DNA of 64,000 nt from an uncultured Enterobacteriaceae bacterium (lineage in GTDB: Bacteria > Desulfobacterota > Binatia > Bin18): positions 7,670-71,669 of the forward strand of contig CAZBUD010000014.1 of assembly GCA_964495015.1 (NCBI GenBank). The letters run 5' to 3'. Both the position numbers and the translations under genes were made by a program. This document shows, one piece after another, positions 57,082 through 64,000 of the stretch (its first letter is position 1; each line of letters opens with the position of its first letter). Below the pieces are notes generated by a model. It was not told where the DNA came from and made no database searches. It was given only the letters and a program-made list of their open reading frames with translations.

Positions 57082-59265
57082 ATGTCGAACTTGCCGCTGC
57101 TATGTGAACGTTTAAAACACGAGTACGGAGCCCTTGGACAACGAGCGGCCGAGCAGCTCCAGAATTGGATGGCGGGCAAAGTCCCCTACGCTTATCCGGA
57201 AGTCCTGACACAGCATCTCGACGAACAATATCTGCCTCTGGTGTTTGATGCCTTCTGGCAGGTCCTCCCGTTTGGTACAGGTGGGCGACGTGGACGAGTC
57301 GGCTATGGGCCGAATCGTATAAACCCGACAATCGTGGCTATGACCGTACAGGGGCATTGTCAGTATCTGCAGGCGGTATTTCCTGACCAGACGGATCTAG
57401 CTGTGGTCGTGGCGAACGATGTGCGCGCCTTCAATGACGTGGCTGGAGTGTACGGCTTTCTTGGCACAGATCATCCGCTCTTAGGCGTGTCATCTCGATC
57501 ACTGGGCAAATTGGCGTGCGAGATCTACGCTGGGAATGGCATTGTTGCCTATCTTGCCGAGCCAGAGAACGCTGCGGCGGTTCTAACAACACCAGAACTC
57601 TCCTATCTGATTGGTAAGTTGGGCGCGGTTGGCGGGATTAATCTTTCCGCGTCGCATAATCCACCCGACGACAATGGCATTAAGGTCTATGATCAATCCG
57701 GGAGTCAGCCCGTTGCTCCCGACGACCAACGCCTAGTCGATATTATGGCTCAGGCAACTGACATTCACCTGCTTCCATTCGATGAAGCGCTGGGCCAAGA
57801 CATGGTTCGTAGCATTCCGGGCCGACTACACGAAGAATATGTTGAGTTGTATGTGCAGTTATACGGCGGAATTCATACGCCGCAACAGGAGAGTCCTGTC
57901 GTATTCACACCGCTGAGTGGCTGCGGACTCACGACTGTTGGGGATGTTTTCAAACGACTGGATTTTCCTGTATTGACCCCGCCCGATCAGGGGCCAGATG
58001 GAACCTTCGTCGTCATCCCATTTAAAGCCCCGAACCCCGAAGTTCCCCAGGCAACTGACCCGGCAAAGGTCTTTGCAGATGAACAAGGAGTGGGGATCGT
58101 GCTCTCAAGTGATCCCGACGCAGACCGGATCGGCCTTGAGGTCAAATTGCCAGATGGCTCGTGGTACCATTTTGATGGCAACCAGATCGCATCAGTGCTG
58201 TGCTATTTTCTAATGCTGGACCGCAAAGGCCCACAGCGCAGGGGATTGGTTATTGAGACCTTAGTGACTACGAAGCTGATCGGCAAAATCGTTGAGCAGG
58301 CCGGTGATTCCTGGATCGTTGACGATCTTCTGGTCGGCTTCAAATACGTTGCCTACGTCTTAAAAGAAATCGAACGAGTTGGGCGTTATAAAAATGTGTA
58401 TTGTTCTCCTGAGCAATTGGTGTTGGCTGTGGAGGAGAGCCATGGCGGGATGCTTACCCCGGAGATTAAAGATAAAGATGCAGCCCCGGCCTGTCTGTAT
58501 TTAGCGACGTTATACCAACAGCTACGCCAGGAAGGCAAAACTCTGCTGGACTACTATATACATATACTGGAAGAGCTAGGCGGGTATGGGGATATTAATC
58601 GTTCCATCATGATGGTCGGTGCTGAGGGGGTCTTACGCCGGGATCGTATTATGCAATCCCTGCGTGACAGACCACCACACAAGCTTGGTGGATATACGAT
58701 CACAAAGATGGTCGATTACTGGGATGAAGACAGCTTTGGGCCCTTTGTCAGTGAGACTGATAAACTGCCTCGTAATGTTCTGCAAGTTTTTACGGATGCA
58801 TGTGTGGTGATTATCCGTCCGTCGGGGACAGAGCCAAAACTTAAATTTTACTGTCAACTGTTGCCCCAAGAGGGAGATGCCTCCCTCCGAGGCAGGGCGC
58901 TCTTGGACGAGGTGCGGACCAAGGCAGAGAAGGTTGCCAGACAAGTCTACAATGATTTGCTCGCGTATCTCGACTGCCATTTGAGTGAGGCAAGTTTGCT
59001 GCTGCCCGATATTATTGATCTTGAGCGCAAGCAGTATTTTGATCAATATATGGCTCCACAGTTTCGCCAAGCGCTTTTTTCCGGAAACTTTATTAACCTG
59101 AACCAAGCCCTTTCTTGGCTTCGAGAAAAGGGCGCAGCTATGGTTCCTGGCGCAGATCCTTTGCCAGCGCTGAAAGTACCGTTTGCGGCACTGTGTAAGC
59201 AGTGGAGCCCAGAGGAGGCCATGAGTCCCGTGCTGATAGAACTGACGCAGTGGGCACAAGAGTAA
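57082..59265 (+). CDS. Alpha-D-phosphohexomutase family protein (phosphoglucomutase/phosphomannomutase), long form
   Basis: FGTGGRRG, catalytic Ser loop SASHNPPDDNGIKVY, metal loop SSDPDADRIG, and IIRPSGTEPKLKFY, followed by a ~130-aa C-terminal extension. Confidence 0.88.
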   Translation: MSNLPLLCERLKHEYGALGQRAAEQLQNWMAGKVPYAYPEVLTQHLDEQYLPLVFDAFWQVLPFGTGGRRGRVGYGPNRINPTIVAMTVQGHCQYLQAVFPDQTDLAVVVANDVRAFNDVAGVYGFLGTDHPLLGVSSRSLGKLACEIYAGNGIVAYLAEPENAAAVLTTPELSYLIGKLGAVGGINLSASHNPPDDNGIKVYDQSGSQPVAPDDQRLVDIMAQATDIHLLPFDEALGQDMVRSIPGRLHEEYVELYVQLYGGIHTPQQESPVVFTPLSGCGLTTVGDVFKRLDFPVLTPPDQGPDGTFVVIPFKAPNPEVPQATDPAKVFADEQGVGIVLSSDPDADRIGLEVKLPDGSWYHFDGNQIASVLCYFLMLDRKGPQRRGLVIETLVTTKLIGKIVEQAGDSWIVDDLLVGFKYVAYVLKEIERVGRYKNVYCSPEQLVLAVEESHGGMLTPEIKDKDAAPACLYLATLYQQLRQEGKTLLDYYIHILEELGGYGDINRSIMMVGAEGVLRRDRIMQSLRDRPPHKLGGYTITKMVDYWDEDSFGPFVSETDKLPRNVLQVFTDACVVIIRPSGTEPKLKFYCQLLPQEGDASLRGRALLDEVRTKAEKVARQVYNDLLAYLDCHLSEASLLLPDIIDLERKQYFDQYMAPQFRQALFSGNFINLNQALSWLREKGAAMVPGADPLPALKVPFAALCKQWSPEEAMSPVLIELTQWAQE

Positions 59266-59297
59266 CGGCAAAAGACAAAGGTGGTGAGCAGAGGCAT

Positions 59298-60287
59298 ATG
59301 CGGCGGGCGAGTGTGATCGGCGGCGGGACCGGCTCGTTTAGCATCTTGTCCGGTCTCCGAGCCTAAGAAGATCTGTGTATACAATCTATCGTTACCATGA
59401 TGGATTCGAACAGGGACTCGGGACGCTTACGGGACGAATTTGGCGTGCTGCCACCCGGCGATCTGTGCCGCTGCCTGGTTGCGTTGTCTGAAGAGACACA
59501 GCTCCTGCGTGATTTGTTCTCTTTTTGTCTCGTTGAGGCGCCTCTCGAGGGCAGAAGCATCGGCAATCTGTTTTTTCTGGCACTAACCAAGATCCTGGAA
59601 TCCGAGAAACAAGCCAGTGAGGCGCTCAGTCGGATACTCAAAATCAGAGACCGCGTATTAGCTGTGATATGGGACAACTCTCATCTCTATGCGGAGCTGG
59701 CAGATGGGACGTGAATTGAGGGAGAGGCCAATATTGATGTGCCATAGCATAATTTGTTTATTGCAATCCAGCGTGTGTATCTCAAACCTGAGCCCCTGGC
59801 GAATCCTGAAGCGGTGCGAGCCATTCGAGAAAGCGATTTTGTGATATTTGCTCCAGGCAATCTGTATACCTCGACCAATCCAAATTTGTTGGTGATAGGG
59901 ATTCCGGAAGCGTTGCAAATCGCGCAGGCCCCGCTCATTTATATTCTGAACTTGATGCCGCGCCATGGTGAAACAGACGGCTATATCGCCTCTCAACCAG
60001 TGACTACGATGGCTGAGTACGCAGCACGGCTGCCTGACGCCGTTATCATCCATCGAGGAAATATCCACGAGGAGCTCGGCCGCAAATATAAGGAGGAAGA
60101 GGCGGCGCAAGTAAAACTCGACCTTGATGTGCTCTACAACCTTGGGGTGAAAGTCGTGAAGTTTGGGGACGTCATGTCAGCAACCTCGCTCGTGCGGCAT
60201 GACCCTGCGCGGATGGCAAAGGTATTAATCGAACTGTTTGAAGAGCTCGATCCGCTAGGAAGTAAGGAGAGCGAACAATCCTCATAA
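59298..60287 (+). pseudogene. YvcK/CofD (UPF0052) family gene with three in-frame stop codons
   Basis: A single 330-codon frame reads: MRRASVIGGGTGSFSILSGLRA-TAA(59364)-..IVTMMDSNRDSGRLRDEFGVLPPGDLCRCLVALSE...ELADGT-TGA(59712)-..-TAG(59745)-..FAPGNLYTSTNPNLLV...NLMPRHGETDGY. The family motifs are retained and no frameshift is seen. Confidence 0.75.
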
Positions 60288-60291
60288 GGCC

Positions 60292-60441
60292 TCATGAAGA
60301 AGGTGAGGATGGCTCTTTTTGTGTCATTTGCCGCAACGTCTCGACTTCCCGAGCGAGCTCGCGCTGGCGGCGAGAAACAGAGAGTACGTACAGAAAAATC
60401 ACAATCCAGACGATGCTAAATGCAGCAAAGAGATACGACAT
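60292..60441 (-). CDS. ccmD: Heme exporter protein CcmD
   Basis: 49-aa single-TM protein (MSYLFAAFSIVWIVIFLYVLSVSRRQRELAREV), 13 nt downstream of ccmC. Confidence 0.7.
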   Translation of the reverse strand: MSYLFAAFSIVWIVIFLYVLSVSRRQRELAREVETLRQMTQKEPSSPSS

Positions 60442-60454
60442 AGCCTGTCCTTTC

Positions 60455-61129
60455 CTACAATGAGACCAGTATGTGTTGGCGCAGCGCAATGATATCGTTG
60501 CGCAAATGTAAACTTTGTAGCCTGAGCCATAACAGCCATGTAAACAAACACACAAACGCTCCCGTACACACCAGGAGTGTCCAGGCCATTTCTGGTGCCA
60601 TCTGTTCGACCTTGGGGTGAATGCCGCGCCACAGACGAATAGCGATATAGATGATGGGAATGTCGATAACGCCAATAATACCGAGTACGGCGGCATACCG
60701 GGCAACCGTTTCGGTATCCCCGGCGAAGAGGCGCAGCAGGACATAGGCGGCATAAATAAGCCAGAGTACCAGAGTCATGGTCAGACGCGGGTCCCACGTC
60801 CACCATACGCCCCAGATAGGCCGTGCCCAGATTGGCCCGGTTAGCAAAACAAGGGTGCAGAATACCATGCCGACTTCAGCGGCCGCTTGAGCCAGCAGGT
60901 CAGCGGAACGTTTGCCCTGCCACAAGAAGGCTGCGCTGGCACCAGCAACGATAAAGAAGCCCAGAAATGCCATCCAGGCGGAGGGCAAGTGTATATAAAA
61001 AATGCGCTGCGCGGCACCCTGCACCCGTTCGTTCGGGACATACAGGAACACCATGGCCAGCGCAGTCAGCATGGCAGCAGCGGTGAGACATGGCAGGATG
61101 ACATAATTGAACGGCGAATATTTTTTCAT
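60455..61129 (-). CDS. ccmC: Heme ABC exporter permease / heme-handling protein CcmC
   Basis: RIFYIHLPSAW, and a WWTWDPRLT Trp-rich (WWD) motif. Confidence 0.9.
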   Translation of the reverse strand: MKKYSPFNYVILPCLTAAAMLTALAMVFLYVPNERVQGAAQRIFYIHLPSAWMAFLGFFIVAGASAAFLWQGKRSADLLAQAAAEVGMVFCTLVLLTGPIWARPIWGVWWTWDPRLTMTLVLWLIYAAYVLLRLFAGDTETVARYAAVLGIIGVIDIPIIYIAIRLWRGIHPKVEQMAPEMAWTLLVCTGAFVCLFTWLLWLRLQSLHLRNDIIALRQHILVSL

Positions 61130-61157
61130 GAGTACTCCATTATAGCGTCCTGAATCT

Positions 61158-61811
61158 CTACTCTTGCAAAACAAAACCAAACGTAAGCCAGCTGGTGATA
61201 ACAAAAATAACGTCGAAGGCGACTAAGACACGTAACCATACCCCTGCCCAGACATCTCCTGCTAAAAGCGCCCCAGTGACCTGAACGACGGCGATTAAGA
61301 GGGGTACGAGGAGGGGTAGGAGTATCAAAGGGAGCAGGATCTCTCTCGCCCGCGTTCGAACGGTCATGGCAGAAAACAACGTCCCTAGGGCTGAGAAACC
61401 AACGATGCCGAGCAGGAGGACTAAGGGCAGGCCGAGGAGAGAAGCGGAAAAGGGGATGCCGAGAAGCGCAATAATGAGGGGCGTCACAATTGTTTCCACG
61501 AGGCTAAGAAAAAAGACGTTACTCAAGAATTTCGCAAAAAAGAACTGGCCCGGATCGATCGGGCACAGTAAGAGTCCATCGATGCAGTTGCGTTCGTGTT
61601 CCAGTATGAATGCCCGTTGGACGCTCAGCATGCCGGCAAATATAAGCGCAATCCAGAGCAAGGCAGCCCCCAAGGCCGCGTCTTTGAGTTGTTCTGGGGT
61701 GAGGGCAAAGACAAAAACCAAGACAATAAGAATGGCCAACACAAGGAGAGAGGACACACGCTCTTTGGTCCGCAGCTCTAAAAGAATATCTTTCCAAAGG
61801 ATGGCTAACAT
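61158..61811 (-). CDS. ccmB: Heme exporter permease CcmB
   Basis: MLAILWKDILLELRTKE N-terminus and six TM segments. Overlaps the ccmA stop by 7 nt. Confidence 0.88.
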   Translation of the reverse strand: MLAILWKDILLELRTKERVSSLLVLAILIVLVFVFALTPEQLKDAALGAALLWIALIFAGMLSVQRAFILEHERNCIDGLLLCPIDPGQFFFAKFLSNVFFLSLVETIVTPLIIALLGIPFSASLLGLPLVLLLGIVGFSALGTLFSAMTVRTRAREILLPLILLPLLVPLLIAVVQVTGALLAGDVWAGVWLRVLVAFDVIFVITSWLTFGFVLQE

Positions 61812-62521
61812 AGGACAGTGTGCTGGGTGCATGAATGATAGATCTGGATGAACTCCTGAGCGGAGGGGAGTGCATCGGCAGATTGCCAGGCAATATGACC
61901 GCTATGCAGAATGATGGCCTGACTCAACAGCTCCCGGCTTTGGTCAAAATCGTGCGAGGTGAGGACCACCGTTTTCCCCTGGGCTTTAGCGTCAGTCAAC
62001 GTATCGTCCAGAATTGCGACAGCTTGCGCATCGAGGCCGGTATAGGGCTCGTCGAGTAGAAACAGATCTGGCTCATGTAATAGCGCGCGCGCTAGGCCGA
62101 GGCGCTGTTCCATACCGCGTGAAAAATGACGTACCGGCATTGCACGCCAGTTTTGCAAGCCAACCTGTTCAAGCCGTTTATCGATCCGGTCTGCGAGATT
62201 GGGAAGGCGATAGGCCTTTCCATAAAACGTGAGGTTTTCCTCTGGGGTCAGATCAGGATACAGGAAGCTGTCATGTCCTAGAAATCCGATCTTGCGGCGG
62301 ATGGCCGGATCAAGCGGATCAAGACCAAAAAGTGTAAGAGTTCCCGCCGTTGGTTTGAGCAGCGTGGCAAAGAGTCGCAGAAGAGTCGTTTTCCCTGCCC
62401 CATTGGGTCCGAATATGCCTACAGTAGCGCCTGGGCGAATGCAGCATGCTATGCTGCACACGACCGGCGTCCATGCGAAGGTCTTTTGGAGATCATGTGC
62501 CTCGATGACCCAGTTGCCCAT
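61805..62521 (-). CDS. ccmA: Heme ABC exporter ATP-binding protein CcmA
   Basis: Walker A GPNGAGKTTLLR, signature FSRGMEQR, Walker B LFLLDEP. Confidence 0.9.
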   Translation of the reverse strand: MGNWVIEAHDLQKTFAWTPVVCSIACCIRPGATVGIFGPNGAGKTTLLRLFATLLKPTAGTLTLFGLDPLDPAIRRKIGFLGHDSFLYPDLTPEENLTFYGKAYRLPNLADRIDKRLEQVGLQNWRAMPVRHFSRGMEQRLGLARALLHEPDLFLLDEPYTGLDAQAVAILDDTLTDAKAQGKTVVLTSHDFDQSRELLSQAIILHSGHIAWQSADALPSAQEFIQIYHSCTQHTVLC

Positions 62522-62589
62522 TTCCTTTTTAGTCCGTGCTTGACCAGGATGGTTCTGGGTTCTCACCGGCCGCTCGGTTTTCTACTTGC

Positions 62590-62623
62590 TTGACAGCGCA
62601 AAGGAAATTCTCTTGTATGTATG
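62590..62623 (+). promoter_or_regulatory. Candidate promoter for the cold-shock gene
   Basis: Perfect TTGACA at 62590-62595. The -10 region is ambiguous (TTGTATGTAT). Confidence 0.35.
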
Positions 62624-62636
62624 AAAGGGGGCCAAT

Positions 62637-62840
62637 ATGACAGGCGTGATCAAGAAGATTGTGACGGAGCGTGGATTTGGTTTTATCACTTCCGATGACG
62701 GGGGTGATGATGTCTTTTTCCACCGCTCCCGTTTAGCTCCAAAAGTGTTTTTTGAAGATTTACGTGAAGGCGAAGAGGTTGAGTTTCAAGTCAGGCCGGG
62801 TGAAAAAGGCCCGCAGGCATTCGATCTCAAGCTCCGCTAG
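62637..62840 (+). CDS. Cold-shock domain protein (CspA family)
   Basis: RNP motifs GFGFI and VFFH. 67 aa. Confidence 0.92.
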   Translation: MTGVIKKIVTERGFGFITSDDGGDDVFFHRSRLAPKVFFEDLREGEEVEFQVRPGEKGPQAFDLKLR

Positions 62841-62872
62841 GCAGACGCTCTCTTCCCTTTCTTACTCTGCTC

Positions 62873-63175
62873 TTACTCTGACTGTTCAAGACGGTCCAAT
62901 TGCGTGAGTGCTTCGACCGCGCTGGATTCATATTTCCGGCGAAGCAGCTGATAATCTTCCTCCGTTAGCTTGCCCATCTGTTTGTCAAATTCGGCTTCTT
63001 TAATTGCAGCATAGGCATCGGTTTTCTGTTTCTTCCAACGGGCCGCGTGATCTGTGTGATCCTCGGGTAAGGAGGCTTGCACAAGCGAAGTGCCCGCGTT
63101 GAGTAAAGGGAAGGCAACGAATACGGCAACTACACCAACGAAAAGAAGACCGACAGCATACAGGAGGAAAGTCAT
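62873..63175 (-). CDS. Membrane-anchored coiled-coil protein, possibly CcmI N-terminal-type
   Basis: N-terminal TM helix (LLYAVGLLFVGVVAVFVAFPLL), then a charged helix with LTEEDYQLLRRKYE. Sits directly downstream of ccmH. Confidence 0.45.
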   Translation of the reverse strand: MTFLLYAVGLLFVGVVAVFVAFPLLNAGTSLVQASLPEDHTDHAARWKKQKTDAYAAIKEAEFDKQMGKLTEEDYQLLRRKYESSAVEALTQLDRLEQSE

Positions 63176-63197
63176 AGGCCTAAATTGTCCTCACCGT

Positions 63198-63704
63198 TCA
63201 GCCTTCGAAATCATCCAGTTCTTTTTCCAGCCGTTCTTTATATGGATTCGGCTTATCAGAAGGTGTAGCAGACGGTTGGTCTCGCGAGCGCCGTTTTGTC
63301 CAGCGCAGACTGATCAGGCCAATGCCCACACCTCCAACGAGGACCACGAGAAACGGGGTGATCCACGCCGCCAGGTTGAACCCGGAAGTCGTTGGCGCGG
63401 ATAAGACTTTTTCCCCATAACGGAAAACAAAAGAGGCCAGGATGGCGTCCTGAGATTGACCCTGGCCGATTTGTTCCGCAATCTCTTCTTTCGCCGGAAC
63501 AGCAAAACTACAGTTCAGGTGATTGCAACTGTGGACGGTCAGGCCGCAGCTACACTGGCACGTCAACGATCCCTCAACCGCCTGATTGGTCGGGGATGCG
63601 GCCAGGGCAAGAGAAAAGCCACACACAACCAAGGGGAAGCAGAGTAAGCGTTTAATCCGCAATCGGCTCTCCTCGTATGCCTGCCGCGCTTCGGGCAAGC
63701 GCAA
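63198..63704 (-). CDS. ccmH: Cytochrome c-type biogenesis protein CcmH
   Basis: Cys cluster LTCQCSCGLTVHSCNHLNC, then EEIAEQIGQGQSQDAILASFVFRYGEKVLSAP and a TM helix. Start uncertain (ATG 63704 overlaps ccmF by 53 nt; TTG 63662 is an alternative). Confidence 0.8.
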   Translation of the reverse strand: MRLPEARQAYEESRLRIKRLLCFPLVVCGFSLALAASPTNQAVEGSLTCQCSCGLTVHSCNHLNCSFAVPAKEEIAEQIGQGQSQDAILASFVFRYGEKVLSAPTTSGFNLAAWITPFLVVLVGGVGIGLISLRWTKRRSRDQPSATPSDKPNPYKERLEKELDDFEG

Positions 63705-64000
63705 ATGCCTGTCGTTCCGCCAGATTCGGGACCATGATGACGCACGTACCGAGAATCAAGGTAATCCCACCGATCCAGATCCAGGAGACGAGGGGGTTAA
63801 TAAAAACCTGAAACGTTGCCAGGCCTGAGGCTGCGTCGTACGCACCAAAGACGAGGTAGAGATCTTCCACCAACGTCGCGCGAATATCTACTTCTGTCGT
63901 GGGTTGGTTTTGTTTTTTATAAAAACGCTTCTCCGGATGCATGGTGTCAATCTGTCGACCATCGACGAGAACCTGTACGGTGGCAATCTGTGATGAGATA
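63652..64000 (-). CDS. ccmF: Cytochrome c heme lyase subunit CcmF, C-terminal end (5' part beyond the window)
   Basis: The frame is open to the window edge. ...DLYLVFGAYD...FQVFINPLVSWIWIGGITLILGT is typical of the CcmF C-terminus. Confidence 0.85.
   Translation of the reverse strand, partial: ISSQIATVQVLVDGRQIDTMHPEKRFYKKQNQPTTEVDIRATLVEDLYLVFGAYDAASGLATFQVFINPLVSWIWIGGITLILGTCVIMVPNLAERQAFALARSAAGIRGEPIAD

Noticed and set aside
1-64000. CRISPR arrays, rRNA and tRNA genes, and complete IS elements with transposase genes.
   Set aside because: I saw no regularly spaced direct repeats, no rRNA-like or cloverleaf-capable segments in the intergenic regions, and no transposase-like ORFs. Only the short palindromic, MITE-like repeats were found.

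Overview
This is a 64-kb chromosomal segment from a diderm (Gram-negative-type) bacterium. GC is roughly mid-50s % by eye, and both strands are densely coding.

Recognisable housekeeping genes:
- fhs, thiD, ptsP (GAF-EI-Ntr), hup, queE, msrP, metH
- aroQ-accB-accC, mfd, a SurA-like PPIase, pdxA, a long phosphohexomutase
- System-I cytochrome c maturation genes (ccmABCD, plus ccmF-ccmH and a CcmI-like gene)
- a cold-shock protein and an Hsp20

Many oxidoreductase and catabolic genes are interleaved with these: two Rieske oxygenases, two LLM-class flavin/F420 oxidoreductases, two family-III CoA-transferases, an acyl-CoA dehydrogenase, a crotonase, SDRs, a VOC protein and two MBL-fold hydrolases.

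Most notable observations:
1. An aniline-dioxygenase-like gene set (GS-like ligase, Rieske alpha/beta, GATase-like hydrolase) in a non-canonical order and with no reductase.
2. A clear SAH-riboswitch-like leader with its own promoter and terminator hairpin in front of an AT-richer, enterobacterial-type metH.
3. At least four decayed genes: a MoxR-type AAA+ ATPase, an orphan flagellar-rod-like protein, a YvcK/CofD-family gene with three in-frame stops, and an amidohydrolase stub.
4. A set of palindromic, REP/MITE-like intergenic elements that share short cores. One abuts a short tyrosine recombinase beside an AT-richer, gene-poor stretch.

I saw no rRNA, tRNA or CRISPR array, and I could not identify a clearly novel multi-gene system. 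All functional calls rest on motif and family recognition in the translated ORFs. No database search, covariance model or folding program was available, so start codons and RNA boundaries are approximate.
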